This document shows positions 1 to 19,326 of a stretch of 64,000 nt of DNA, in pieces (position 1 is the first letter of the stretch; each line of letters begins with the position of its first letter). A model generated the notes under the pieces. The model was not told the DNA's origin and searched no databases. It worked only from the letters and a program-made list of their open reading frames with translations. The DNA lies in the NCBI RefSeq assembly GCF_009914755.1, contig NC_060925.1, one strand, 5' to 3'. This DNA is from the human T2T-CHM13v2.0 reference genome, Homo sapiens. Made by a program: the position numbers and the translations under genes.

Positions 1-2
1 GA

Positions 3-1790
<1,788 letters not shown>

Positions 1791-1870
1791 GAAGCAACAT
1801 TGTAACTCTATTCTTCATTTTCCAATGCAAATAAATACGTTAACATAACTCCCTATGACAACTATTTTAG

Positions 1871-1959
1871 TTCCAAATTCTAATCCTAAAATGTTCCAAA
1901 TTTTAATCCTAAAATATTCCAAATTCTAATTCAAGATATTCCAAATTCCAGTTCTAAGA
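1871..1959. repeat. Degenerate minisatellite, about 4 x 22-23 bp (TTCCAAATTCTAATCCTAAAATG)
   Basis: Units start at 1871, 1894, 1917 and 1939. Confidence 0.85.
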
Positions 1960-2717
1960 GGTGAAGGCTTGTCATGAATTTCCCACCTGGATGACTTCAA
2001 AACTTTACCAATGCTCCTCAGAACTCTTCCTCAGGAGAAGTGCCTTCTTTAATAATACTTGAGGATTGGAGGAAGCAAAATTTCATCACTGCCAGTTTAT
2101 TATGTCTAAATTCAAAATATCATCAAACTGTGCAAACTGTCCCATTGCTCATGTCAGGTTTTGCTCTTCACAGAACCATGTTTGGACAGAACTATGTACA
2201 AGACAAAAAGCCTCTAATCAAGAAAGTTTAGTCACATTTTATTTTATTTTATTTTATTTTATTTTATTTTATTTTATTTTGAGACAGGGTCTCGCTCTGT
2301 TGTCCAGGCTGGAGTGCAGTGGCGCAATCTTGGCTCACTGCAACCCCGCTTCCCAGGTTCAAGCGATTCTCCTAAGTCAGCCTCCCAAGTAGCTGGGATT
2401 ACAGGCACACGCCACCATGCCCAGCTAATTTTTGAATTTTTAGTAGAGGTGGGGTTTCACCATGTTGGCCAGGCTGGTCTCTAATTCCTTACCTCAGGTG
2501 CTCCTCCCACCTTGACCTCCCAAAGTGCTGGGATTACAGGCATGAGCCACCTCACTGGGCCGCTTAGTCCCGTTTTAGGTTTCCTTTGTTTGGCTTTTAC
2601 AAAATAGGACAATGTAACATATTAAAATTCAGGGTGAGTAAGAGGTATGCCTTTTTTTCCCCATAGGATGGGGAAAGGTGAATAGTGACAAAGAAGGTGG
2701 GAATGAACTATCTTGAT

Positions 2718-3057
2718 CAGTGATCCCCAACCTTTTGGGCACCAGGGACCAGTTTTGTGAAAGAGTTTTTCCATGGACTGAGGCAGCAGGGTTGGTTTTG
2801 GGATGAAACTGCTCCACCTCAGATCATCAAGCATTAGTTAGATTCTCATAAGGAGCACACAACCTAGATCCCTTGCAGGCACAGTTGACAGTAGGATTCG
2901 CTTTCCTATGAGAATCTAATGCCGCCACTGATCTGACAGAAGGCAGAGCTTGGGCAGTAATGCTTGCTTGCCCACCACTCACCTCCTGCTGTGTGGCCCA
3001 GTTCCTAACAGGCCATGGACAGGTACCAGCATGCAGCCCAGGGTCTGGGGACTCTTG
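2718..3057 (+). mobile_element. MER1B-like hAT-Charlie element
   Basis: TIRs CAGTGATCCCCAA / GGGGACTCTTG; near-perfect 8-bp TSD ATCTTGAT / ATCTTGCT; diagnostic internal ATTAGATTCTCATAAGGAG...CCTATGAGAATCTAATG. Confidence 0.85.
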
Positions 3058-3089
3058 ATCTTGCTGACATTTCCTGGGAAATCACCTTT

Positions 3090-3820
3090 ATTATGGTGAA
3101 ATATACATAAAATTTACTGTTGTAACCATTTCTAAATGTACAGTTCAGTGGTGTTAAGTACATTCACATTATTTGGCGACCATCACCACCATCCCTTTCC
3201 AGAAATTTTTCATTTTCCAAAACTGAAACTCTGTATCCATTAAACACTAACTCCCCATTCACCCTCCCACCAACCCCTAGCAACCACCATTCTACTTTCT
3301 GTCTCTAGGAATTTGACTATTTTAGGTAGCTCATGTCGGTGGAATCATATAATATTTGTTCTTTTGTGCTTGACTTATTTCACTTGGAACATCTTTAAGG
3401 TTCATCCATGTTGTAGCACATGTCAGAATTTCCTTTCTTTTTAAGGCTAATAATATTTCGTTGCATGTACAAACCACATTTTTATTTTTATTTATTTTTT
3501 ATTGAGACGGGTTTTCACTATGTTGCCCAGGCTGATCTGGAACTCCTGGGCTCAAGCGATCCTCTCTTCAGCCTCCCAAAGTGCTGGGATTACAGGCGTG
3601 AGCCACCTTGCCCAGTCTGTACATAACACCTTTTGTTTACCAATTCATTTCTCAGTGGCCACTTGGTTTACTTCCACTTTTTGGCTGATGCGAATAATGC
3701 TGCTATGAACACAGGTTTTACAAATAATCTGTTCAAGATTCTGTTTTCAGTTCTTCCGGGTATATACCTAGAGGGGGAATTGCTTAATCACATGATAATT
3801 TTAATTTTTTGAGGAATCCT
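3090..3820 (-). mobile_element. L1MB-like 3' fragment with inserted FLAM/Alu monomer (about 3480-3615)
   Basis: GTACAGTTCAGTGGTGTTAAGTACATTCAC...CAACCACCATTCTACTTTCTGTCTCT. Confidence 0.7.
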
Positions 3821-3926
3821 AGGAAATCACTTTTAGGAAGATGAAGATCTAGAAAAAAATTCACTAAAGTTTCTATGTCCATGTATTCCATGTAAAGTCT
3901 TTATGTACCCCAGATTGAAAACTCCT

Positions 3927-5950
<2,024 letters not shown>

Positions 5951-6662
5951 AAAGAACCTGGCTAGTCTTTGCCTTCTCTAAAGTTCCCCCTAAAATGACG
6001 TTACTAATACCTATCCCACAGGACCACTGATGGTGTTTAGAGAATGGATGAAAAGAACCTAACATAGACCTTGGCAAGTCACCTGAAAGTTTTAGATACA
6101 CAGGACAGAGGACTAGCTTCTGCCCTCGAGGAGAATGGCCACCTGATGACAGCCCCAGATGTGCAATTGGGTTACTTCAATGTAAAGTGGTCCAGGGCTA
6201 TGATAGATGTATTGGGGAAAGGATATTTTATCCTCATGAGAAAGATCAGGGAAGACTCTCTGGAAGAAGTGGCTCAAAATGGGTATGAAGGAAGAACAGA
6301 AAGAACATATTTTAGGCTGAGGAAACAAGATGAACGAAGATAGAAAAGCATAAAACAGCATGTTGTCAGGAGAACTCAAAGCAATTTGGTGTCACAAGAA
6401 CACATAATGCAAAAACATAAATGGGAATAAATGAGGTTGAAGAAGTAGGCAGCTTCTTAAAGGCCATGGTAAAGATCTTGACTTTATCCTGTGTCTTGGC
6501 TTCCTTATGTTTCAAATTCTTCCTCTGTACTCTGGGAGTACAGTAGTACCTTTATCACAGGGCTGTTAGGAGTACTAAAGTGAAACTAAATGGGATAACA
6601 TATATAAAGCACTTAGAAGAGTACTTGGCACAGACTGAGGTTCAAATATCTCCTACCATTAA

Positions 6663-7315
<653 letters not shown>

Positions 7316-7639
7316 AGGAAAGGTTTTAAACAGGGGAGTGATATGGATCGATTGCAGGAGGAGGGAATATTAGAGCCAATAGGCAAGTTAAGGGGCTATA
7401 GCAATAAATAGTCGAAGAGAGAAAAAGCCTGCCCCGTGCTAAAACAGTGATAGTGTGGACAGAGGAAATTCAGGTATTTAAAAAGTAAAAGAGAGGAGCC
7501 ATTGTGCTCATTTGAATGTGGGAGGTGAAGGAGCAGGAGTCCTAGGTTAGGACTCCTAGATTAGGTCCTCTAGGTTAGTTTTCTTCCTGAAGTGATCTCC
7601 ATCCCTCCCTCCTTTTCCAATAACAAAAAGGCCATCACA

Positions 7640-8446
7640 GCACATTTCCTTTTAAAGTTTTATTAAAGTTTAATGGTACAATATTTTATCTCTTTTTTTG
7701 TTAATGCCAGTACAAAAATACAGTTGATGACTTGACAAAATGGCTACACCTAGGGCTTGAAGGTTTGAGTTTCTCCAACAGTAACAAGGGAAAGCATGCT
7801 TCCACCTGGAGCCGAGTCCAAGCACACAGCCAGTCCTGCACACGCATGCGTGCAAACAGGGAAGCTCAAGCATGAGAAGAGGAAAGAGGCTGTAGAAATT
7901 TGGGAAGAAGCCCACAATTATTCCCAGGAGAAAAAAGGGAAAAAACAGGCTGATATCCTTGGTAGGGGGTAGAATAACTGATTTACACTTAGGATTTATT
8001 GTTATTGTTGTTGTTGTTGTTTTTTAATGATAAGCTACTTCTGCAATTTTAACGTTGTAGAAAAGATGCTACTAGTCTCCTTTCACCACTAAGGTGAGTA
8101 AAGTGGGAGGAAATGGGAAAAGACTCAAATACTTAAGTGCGAGGAGTAAACATCCAAGTGGCTCAAGTTTTGTGTCAGAAGGTTTCATTCTTTACATTCA
8201 ATGACAAGTTGACATTTAGGTGAGAGGGAAAAGGAGAAGAAAGTCTGCCACTCTCCGCTGGATCCACAAACATGCAGACCAGCTTCTGTTAGCAGAACTC
8301 TTCCACAGTGAGAGCGCTCCTTCCAGTGTAGGTAGGAATGAGGTTTCCTGGTCGGCTTAATTGTTCTAGATGATTCCTCAATATTCCCTTCCCTGCTGCT
8401 TTCCTTCCAGAACACTAACTCTGATGAAAGAAGGGGCACATTCATG
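7640..8446 (-). other. TXNDC12: TXNDC12 3' UTR (about 0.8 kb; 3' end approximate)
   Basis: Unique sequence free of interspersed repeats between the stop codon and the poly(A) signals. Confidence 0.8.
7659..7674 (-). terminator. TXNDC12: TXNDC12 polyadenylation signals (ATTAAA 7674-7669, AATAAA 7664-7659)
   Basis: Plus strand reads TTTATT and TTTAAT; GU/U-rich sequence (TGTGCTGTG...TTTTTGTT) follows on the minus strand. Confidence 0.8.
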
Positions 8447-8526
8447 TTACAATTCATCTTCAAGATGTTTCTTTCTGAAGGCATCACCCGTCAGCCTTTC
8501 CTGAGCTTCCTTCATCCCCTGAACAA
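8447..8526 (-). CDS. TXNDC12: TXNDC12 coding exon 7 (VVQGMKEAQERLTGDAFRKKHLEDEL-stop)
   Basis: Acceptor TTTATTTCACAG|; TAA at 8449-8447; ends in the KDEL-like ER retrieval signal EDEL. Exon lengths 97+61+53+74+70+84+80 = 519 nt = 172 aa plus stop. Confidence 0.98.
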
Positions 8527-10202
8527 CTGTGAAATAAAGATTGGAGGAAAAAAGTATGAAGTAAGTAATGTTTGACATTTGACAACCAATGTACACTTTT
8601 AAATGTTTCAGAAGAAATATGAGAGGAGTACAAGATCTGGACTCAAGATCTAGCTCTGGATTTTGGCCCTGGCAAGTCATTTATCTCTTTGAATTTGTTT
8701 CCTCATTTATAAAATGAAATAATGTAACTCACTTCACACAGTATTATAAAAGTTAAATGGGAGAATGGATAATAAAAGTGCTTTATCAACTATGAAGTCA
8801 TACCAAAATCTTAGCAGTTATTTTGGCTTACCCTCTAGGATTAGAGCTGATCCCCTGTCCTAGACTGTAGATGTTCACTTCACCCCCAGGGAAGAGGAAA
8901 CACCTTCCTACCGTCCCCATTGTATCTTTTGGATGAATGTTGCACTTATTTTACTTCCTGTGGAGGTTACAGATTACACTGAGGGGTGTGTGTGCTGGGG
9001 CGGGGGTGTCTCTACTGAAGGGGGTCGTCATTTCCAGTATCAACTATACATGGATGAAGCCAAGTTCTCAGGCCAAAAAAAAAAAAAAAAAAAAAGAGAG
9101 AGAGAAACCTGGAAGGAGGGCCTTAAGTAGACTCGAGATGAAACTTCTTGTCTGTCTTGGGGCATCCTGCTTATGGATTTAGACTCAAGGGGGACAGCTA
9201 TTTCAGTATAGGCTCCTGAATGGTGGTTCTACAAAGCACCCCTATATAATGGCAGGCCAGAAGCTGGGTTGAGCCAGAGTCTATGAATCTTGCAAAGCCA
9301 AACCATAAGCTCATAAGAGGCAGATAATACAGTTTGTTATTTCTGTTTTGTTTTGCCTATGCCTTTAGTAAAGCTGGGTTTGAATGTTCCAGTTTCATGT
9401 CAGCTGAGAGATGGAGGATTCAGGGAAGGGTCTCATGTTCACATCTGGACTATGTCAGTGTGGAGACAGCAGTGGTAACTTGGATGAAATTCTAAAGGGA
9501 AGGTGAATCTCAAGATACAAGAATTGGAGACCTAAAGCCCAGCTGCCCTTCTCCACGTGGAAAATTTCCCTTTGATACCAATCTCCAGTGATCTGCATTT
9601 GGTTAAGGAACATGACATTCTCCTTACTCAGGGGAAGAAGGTAATAGCTTCTACAGATCTCCTCCCCGTCCCTAGTCTGAGAATAAGAGTATCAAGGACT
9701 CAAATCATAAAGTGATCAACAGCCTGGCAGCATGGCAAATAGGGACACATGGCAACTTAGCACACAACTCCCTTTCATAGATGAGGGGAAAAGGAAGGAA
9801 AGCAGCAACAATACATGGCATGAATTCCAACCCCTGCCTCCAGAATGACTGTGCTCAAAGATTAGAGAACAAAAAAGCATGACTGGCTGACGATTGCAAA
9901 CTTCCTTCACTTGTTTGTGCTGGTGCTCTTCTCTCTCCTGGAACATGCTTTTCCCATTCTGCTACTGACAAGGTCTTATTCTCTAAGGCTTAATCCAGTC
10001 ATTATTTCTTCTAGCAAGCCTTACAAACTCTATGTTGGGCTACATTCCCCCGCCACTTCACTTCCATAGCTTGAAATGTCCTCCTCATATCTGTCCAGAG
10101 ATGAAATTTTTATCCTTCTAGGTCCGTTTACGTTTCGGGGTTTTTTTGGTTTTTTTTTTTTTTTTTTTTTGAGACAGAGTCTTGCTCTGTCACCCAGGCT
10201 AG

Positions 10203-10358
<156 letters not shown>

Positions 10359-11004
10359 TAGCCAGGATGGTCTCAATCTCCTGACCTCATGATCCTCCCG
10401 CCTCGGCCTCCCAAAGTGCTGGGATTACAGGCGTGAGCCACCACGCCCAGCCCGCTCAGCTATTTTTTGTATTTTTAGTAGAGATGGGGCTTTGCCATGT
10501 TGGCCAGGCTGGTCTTGAACTCCTGACCTCAAGTGATCTGCCTGCCTCGGCCTCCCAAAGTGCTGAGATTACAGGTATGAGCCACTGTGCTCGGCCTATT
10601 TAAGTTTAATATCTATAAAACCTCTTAGACTTGTTCACCTAACACTATTCCTCTTCCACTGAATTTTCATAGGAAAAACAGTATTAGCTCAGTAGGAAAA
10701 AAACTAAGTTCTGGACTCAAATTCTGGCTCTGCTACTTAACTATGAAACTATGGGCAAGTGACTACCTCAGTCACTTGTGTGCCTCAGTTCTTCACAGCT
10801 GCCTGTGGGTCAGTCAGCTCTTCCAAGGGAAGGGGCTCAGTCTCATCTTCCTCCTATATCCTACACAGGATCTGGCCAAAAGCTATAGACATGCAGGAGA
10901 TGCTCAGCTAACATGCTGAATTTACTTTCCTATCACAGACCTTGCATGTGGTTCATCCTAGTTCAATCTAGCAATAATCCTCCCTCCCTTCAGCATAACT
11001 ATAC

Positions 11005-11088
11005 CTTGCTCGGCACTGACATAAAAATACTTGTAGCTGGGGTTTCCATTCTCATTGATGATTTCAGGATGCACCTTGCCACTGGGAT
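11005..11088 (-). CDS. TXNDC12: TXNDC12 coding exon 6 ([28 protein letters not shown])
   Basis: Acceptor TCTATAACAG|, donor AAG|GTATAG; 84 nt. Confidence 0.97.
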
Positions 11089-12022
11089 CTGTTATAGACA
11101 AAATGACACAGTTTTGCAGTAATTACAACAGACAGGTACTTCAAACACTACCTGGTACATAAGGCCCTCTGGGAAATAAGATCTGCCCATATTTGCAGCC
11201 CATTACCTCACCATAATACCTCCTACATTTCTGCTTCCTTTTCTGCTTGATGATTTTGACTTCTATCCCCCATAAAACCTAGCAGAATTTATGCTGAACA
11301 AAGATTAGGTGGTCATTAAATATCTCTTATAAAATTATTTGTGGAAAGACATTTATCTGGTTATATTATTCCATTGCCTTAGGTGCACTATAGGTTCAAG
11401 GGTGAGAATTCTGGCTTATATCTGTCTCTGTAGTGTCTAATACAGTGCTTGACATATGGCTGATGCGCAAATGGCTATTGAAGTGAATAAATGATCAAAC
11501 TCTTTTTTTTTTTTTTTGAGACAGGGTCATTCAGTTTCCTTCTGTCATTCAGGCTCAAGGGCAGTGGCGTGATTATGGCTCACTGCAGCCTTGACCTCCC
11601 AGGCTCAATTGATCCTCCCGCCTCAGCCTCCTAAATAGCTGAGACTACAGGTGCGTGCCACCACACCCGGCTAATTTTTGTACTTTTTGTAGAGACGGGC
11701 TTTCACCGTGTTGCCCATGCTGGTCTCAAATTGGACTCAAGCAATTCACCCATCTCAGCCTCCCAAAGTGCTAAGACTACAGGCATGAGCCACTGTGCCC
11801 GGCCAAACTTTTGTCATTGCTTACAAAAGCAGTTAGTTAATGGGAAAAGTTTTCCTTCAGACTTGTAGTTCTAGCATTCAGAACTCCCCCACTCTCTCTT
11901 GAAACTGGTTTTTATTTGTTTGTGGTCATCCTGGTATAGTTTCACTAGGTGAAGTCAGTGCCTTGATTCATTTCTCTCTCCATCCACATCATGGATTCCC
12001 AGGTTAAGATCATGTGCCTTAC

Positions 12023-12092
12023 CCAGAAAAAGGATTCGTGGAATATAACCCCCGTCAGGGCTGAAATCTTCATCTTTGGGTTCCTCTTCATC
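12023..12092 (-). CDS. TXNDC12: TXNDC12 coding exon 5 (DEEEPKDEDFSPDGGYIPRILFL)
   Basis: Acceptor CTTAATAG|, donor TGG|GTAAGG; 70 nt; contains the SPDGGYIPRI cis-Pro loop of the AGR/ERp18 fold. Confidence 0.97.
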
Positions 12093-12104
12093 CTATTAAG
12101 ATTA

Positions 12105-12660
12105 AATGTAAACCTTAAGTCAGATAACGTCCTCTCTCTCCTCAAAACCATTCAGTGGCTTCCCCACTTGTCAGGGCAAAACCCCAAGTCCTTGCAGTGG
12201 CCTATAAGGCCCTACATGATCTATCACCTAGGCACTTCTCTAACTTAATGTCCTACCCCTTGTTAAGTCCTCTTCAGCTACACTGACCTCTTGCTGTTGC
12301 TGTCATTAAACAAGCCAGGGATAATCCTAACACAGGCTTTTGGACTTGCTCTTAACTCTCTGCTGAACACACTTTCCCCATTATTATCCACATGGTTGAC
12401 TCCCTTTTCTGTTTCAGACCTTTGCTCAAATATCCCTTTATTTTCAAACCATCTATTTAAAACCACAGTCATCCCTTCCACCTTTCTTTTTTAGCCCTAG
12501 CATTTACCACCATCTGACATATTCTAAAATACTTATTTTCTGTCTTCCCACACTAGCATGTTATTTCAACGAGGAAATTTTGTCTGTTTTGTTCACTGCT
12601 ATATTCCTAGTACCTACATCATTGACTTGCACATAGTATTTCTTTAGTGCATGAATCAAT
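12105..12660 (+). mobile_element. L2 3' fragment abutting the TXNDC12 exon 5 acceptor
   Basis: TCAAAACCATTCAGTGGCTTCCC...TTTTGTTCACTGCTATATTCCTAGTACCT. Similar L2 pieces at about 33770-34020, 41280-41600 and 51240-51900. Confidence 0.65.
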
Positions 12661-14329
12661 AAGACTGGCATTTTAGTCAAAGTTGTGGACTCATAGTCCT
12701 CCCAGGAGATTAAAAACCTACACAATCAGTTTTCTTTTTTTTTTTTTTTGAGACGGAGTCTCGCTCTGTCGCCCAGGCTGGAGTGCAGTTGTGCGATCTC
12801 GGCCCACTGCAAGCTCCGCCTCCTGGGTTCATGCCATCTTCTGCCTCAGCTGCCTGAGTAGCTGGGACTACAGGTGCCCGCCACCATGCCCAGCTAATTT
12901 TTTTATATTTTTAGTAGAGACGGGGTTTCACCATGTTAGCCAGGATGGTCTCAATCTCCTGACCTTGTGATCCACCTGCCTTGGCCTCCCAAAGTGCTGG
13001 GATCACAGGCATAAGCCACCACGCCCGGCCTAATCAGTTTTCTTTTTAAGAAATTTCCAAAGTTGGAGAATCCTCTATGAAGACGTTTTTACTGTTTCCT
13101 TTGAGTAGGAATCCTAATTCACCACAGAAAGTGGTGAGGAATTCATGTGCAAAGGCAATCAATACTTTCACAATTTATGATGTGGTTCCCATTTCAGGGG
13201 TTAAATACTTCGCTATGGTGAGGTGTATCAGCATTCAGGCTATCCCCTAGCTATATAAGCAATCCCTTAGCTGCCTCACTGTTAACTGTTAATGTGTTCA
13301 CAAGAGTCCCAGACCTATGTTTAAGTAAACATTATCTTTTTTTTTTTTTTTCTCTTTTTTGAGATGGAGTTTCACTCTCTCACCCAGGCTGGAGTGCAGT
13401 GGCGCGATCTCAGCTCACTGCAACCTCCGCCTCCTGGGTCAAGCGATTCTCCTGCCTCAGGCTCCCTAGTAGCTGGGACTACAGGCACGCACCACCACAC
13501 CCAGCTAATTTTTTTGTATTTTTAGTAGAGACAGGGTTTCACCATATTGGCCAGGCTGGTCTTGAACTCCTGACCTCATGATCTACCCACCTCAGCCTCC
13601 CAAAGTGCTGAGATTACAGGCATGAGCCACCATGTCTGGCCCAAGTAAACATTATTTTTACAGAAACGTATGGCTAGCGGTATCATCATAGAGCATCTGA
13701 GTACCTCACATGTGAAAAGTATGGCCTGAAAGAGAGCACGGCTAGGTGAGAGTACCTATTCTTATCACTTATTAGGCTCTATGACCTTGACCAAATCACA
13801 TACCTGCTTCAGGCCTAAGATGGTTCTTTCTGTAAAATGAGGATAGTACCAATAGCCTAAAAATCCCTTCCAACTCTAAGATCTGACATTCTATGACTCA
13901 GGATTCCAAGACCTGCAGCCTATATGAGGTATGTAAAAGCTATTTTCATAAGGAAACAAGCAGGTTGCACATATAAGCCCAACACAGATTAGGTGCTCAG
14001 TTGAATCACATTTTGCAGAAAGTTGTGGTCTGCATGTATGACTATACCTTTAGTCTAGCTTTACAAAGACATAAAACATGTCATAATCATAAACTAAGGA
14101 TAAAAGGACCTTAAAATCTAGTCATCTTAAGGCTGGGCATGCTGGCTCACGCCTGTAATCCCAGCATTTTGGGAGGCCGAGGCAGGCAGATCACTTAAGG
14201 TCAGGGGTTTGAGACTAGCCTGGCCAACATTGTGAGACCCTCATATCTACTAAAAATACAAAAATTGGCCAAACGCGGTGGCTCACATCTGTAATCCTAG
14301 CACTTTGGGAGGCTAAGGTGGGTAGATCA

Positions 14330-14566
<237 letters not shown>

Positions 14567-14787
14567 TCATCTTATTCAATCTCTCCTCTCCTAGTTCCTC
14601 CCAGAAATAGATGTTAGATGGCTTTCTAACATATCTGATGCAAGCCTTAGTATTAGCGGTCAAGAGAAAAACACATACATAAATTTGACTTCATACCACT
14701 AATGAAGCTGTAATGAATATGCACGAATGATACTAACTTTAAAAGTCTTAAAATCATAGCAGAAAGGAGAAACTCTCAAAGTCTTAC

Positions 14788-14861
14788 CTCAAGATTTACC
14801 ATAACAAAATTATGGGAGAGTTCTGAAATTTCCGTAGATTCTGCAAATTTGGGCTTTAGAG
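14788..14861 (-). CDS. TXNDC12: TXNDC12 coding exon 4 ([25 protein letters not shown])
   Basis: Acceptor TTTTTCCCCCCAG|, donor GAG|GTAAGA; 74 nt; frame continuous with exons 3 and 5. Confidence 0.97.
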
Positions 14862-15195
14862 CTGGGGGGAAAAAGATTTTGGAATAGAAGAAAAAACATC
14901 ATTGTCACAACTAAACCTTAACGAACATAAGCATCACTATTTCTCTTTGGTAGTTTAGGCATTTGTTTAGTTGATTCATATAACAAACTTTTTTTACACT
15001 CTAAAAAACAAGAATTAGGCTACCTGGATTCTGAACCTGCACAGCTATGTGACCTTGAGTGACTTACTTCATTTCTCTGAAGCTGTTACCTCATTTATAA
15101 AATAAGGATAATGGCATACGAATAGGGGGGAAAAGCATTATTTGCTTTTTATAGTTACATTTCAAAAACCATTGACATGAAAGACAATAGAGTGA

Positions 15196-15519
<324 letters not shown>

Positions 15520-16090
15520 TAGTAGAGGCGGGGTTTCACTATGTTGGGCAGGCTGGTCAACTCCTGGCCTCAAGTGATCTGCCCGGCCCAGCCTCCCAGA
15601 GTGCTGGGATTACAGGCATGAGCCACTGCGCCTGGTCTTTTATACTATTTTTTACACTCCTTTTCCATCTAGGATTTTAAGTGCAGCATACTAAATAAAA
15701 GAAAAAGCCTGTCTGGGGAAGTGGCAAGGTGGTATAGCAGAAAGAACACATGCCACAGAGTCAGATAACTTGGGTTCTAATTTGGGTCCTACTTCCTTCT
15801 CATGTCTCTGTCCGTACATTTCAGCTTCCTCTAACATGTATTGTTCATTTGACATTTTAGCACTTAATCCCATACGTGACATAACTGTATCTTAATCACC
15901 TTAACTTCCCTAAAATCCCCTCCAAATATAATTGCAAATTTCATGAAGGCAGGAAATCTATGTCATATGTTTCTTTAGTATTCCTTAAACAGTCAGTAGT
16001 GCTGGGCCAGAGTCAGTGCCAATATTTGTTAAATGTTAATATTTAACAACACATCTGAGTTTTGAATTTAGATTGAGCATTTGCACTTAC

Positions 16091-16143
16091 CTTTGCAAGC
16101 TCCACACCAGGATTTATGAATAATCACCATCAGGGGCAGTCCA
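16091..16143 (-). CDS. TXNDC12: TXNDC12 coding exon 3 (GLPLMVIIHKSWCGACK; CGAC thioredoxin active site)
   Basis: Acceptor TTTTGCTTTTAAG|, donor AAG|GTAAGT; 53 nt; WCGAC motif visible in ORF 16068..16271. Confidence 0.98.
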
Positions 16144-16270
16144 CTTAAAAGCAAAACAAAGAAATTATAATCTAGTAATTCTACTTCTTGAAATTTAATG
16201 ATAAAGATTAATATGTGAAGACATTTCTGTAGTATTATTTCAATTGGGAAAATCTTTTGACAAATGTTCA

Positions 16271-16654
<384 letters not shown>

Positions 16655-18237
16655 TTACAGTATTTCTAAATGATTATTGTTATATAATCATTGAAAATAA
16701 TTTTTCATTGGTAGCTTATATAAAAAACTAGGATACAAATGTATCTATAGTCTGGTTTTAATTATAAAATATGTACAGAGAAAAGAGCCTAAAAGAAAAT
16801 GTACCAAAACATAATAATAGCAGTTTTCTGTGGATGATGGGACTGTGGATGTTTTCCTTACACTACATCTGTATTTCATGATTTTTCTACAATATAATTT
16901 TCATAATCAGGGAGGAAACTGTTCACAATGAGCAATGCAATCCACCCGAACCAGACTGGCTAGAGGAAGCTCTTAAGCTCTCAAGGCTCAAATGACAGTA
17001 GGAAGACCCCATGTAAGTAGGTAGCCATTAGCTTTCTCCATCACACAACCCCATGTCACCATAACAACATACACTGTATAATAGCTACCATGCACTTAAC
17101 ATATTGATCTGTACCTATTATTTACCCATCTCCCTCCACTGGACTTGGAGATTCCTAAGACAAGGAACTCTTAGCTGTCTCTATATCCTTTACATCTGAC
17201 ACATATATTATTGATAGCAAACACTTATATACCATTTGCCATGTGCCAGGCACTACTGTAAATATACATAAATTAACTCATTTAATAAGTGTCAAATGAA
17301 TCATTCAGTCACCTCACCTTAGGCCTACCTCACATCTGGATGGACTTCTGCCTGCAATACTTGTAAAAGCTTGTAAACCAAATGAGCAGGGCAAGTTTAG
17401 GTGGGTAGTAGGATATAGGTAACCATAATAGCCAAAATGTGCTGAACGTTTATTACATGACATTGTGCTGTATATGCATTATCTCATTTAAATCCTCAAA
17501 ATAACCCTAGGGTAGATACTATTAATGGTCTCACAATAGAAATGAGAAAATTGAGATGCTCAATAGAGTAAATATTTGGCCCCATAAAATCTAGGTTCTA
17601 GGCCGGGCACAGTGGCTCACACCTGTAATCTCAGCACTTTGGGAGGCCGAGGCTGGAGGATCACTTGAGCTCACAAGTCCAAGACCAGCCAGGGCAACAT
17701 GGTGAAAACCTGTCTCTACAAAAAAATACAAAACTTAGCCGGTCGTGGGGTGCATGCCTGTAGTCCCAGCTACTCACAGCACTGCACTCCAGCCTGGGAG
17801 ACAGCCAGACCTTGTCTCAAAAATAAATAAATAAAAAAAAATAAAAACCCAAAACAAAAACCTAGGTTCTGCCACTTACTAGCTAACTCAGAAGTCCGAC
17901 TCCAAAACCAATGTTCTTTCTGACGGTTACAGTCTACTTCAATTTAGAATGGTAATCCAGAATCCATGGTTAGACCCAATTCAATCAATAACCAACTTAA
18001 TGAAGGTTGGAAAAAGCCTTTTGAGTTTGCCTCATCCAGACTTCCATTTCACACATGAATCCTGTTTATCAGAAACAAAAGGTAGTATAGATTACCTGAT
18101 GAGCAAGGAATATACCATCAACCAAGGCAGCCCATCTACCCTCTCTTTTAACAGCTCCATAGTTTCAGAGCATGCATGTTTTCGAATGTCTTGCTTTCTC
18201 TTTTCTCCCTGGCAAACATCTGTTTATCCTTCTAGAG

Positions 18238-18520
18238 CAGGGGTTGGCAAACTAGGGTCTGCAGGCCAAATCCAGCCCACCGTCTGCTTCCGTAGGGCCC
18301 ATGATATGCAAATATTTTGTTGTATATTTTTACATTTTTCAATGTTTGCAAAGCAAATCTAAAGACTCCTTTGTGATATGTTAAAATTAATTGTAATTCA
18401 CATTTCAGTGTAGTTTTATTAAAATACATTCATGCTTATTTGTTTACTTACCATCTATAAGTAGCAACAGCATTTGATGGTCCACAAAGCCTAAAACATT
18501 TACCATTTGGCCCTTTACTG
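18238..18520 (+). mobile_element. MER58-like hAT-Charlie element
   Basis: Starts CAGGGGTTGGCAAACT...GGCCAAATCCAGCCC; ends AAAGCCTAAAACATTTACCATTTGGCCCTTTA. Confidence 0.7.
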
Positions 18521-18552
18521 ACTTTATTCTACAGTGATGGTTCAAATGTTAA

Positions 18553-18890
<338 letters not shown>

Positions 18891-18931
18891 TGAACACCTG
18901 ACCTTGTGATCCACCCGCCTTGGGCTCCTGA

Positions 18932-19326
<395 letters not shown>

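Noticed and set aside
17350-17400. Possible decayed copy of TXNDC12 exon 3 partnering the exon 4 duplicate
   Set aside because: Resemblance too weak by eye and needs gaps; not supportable without alignment statistics.
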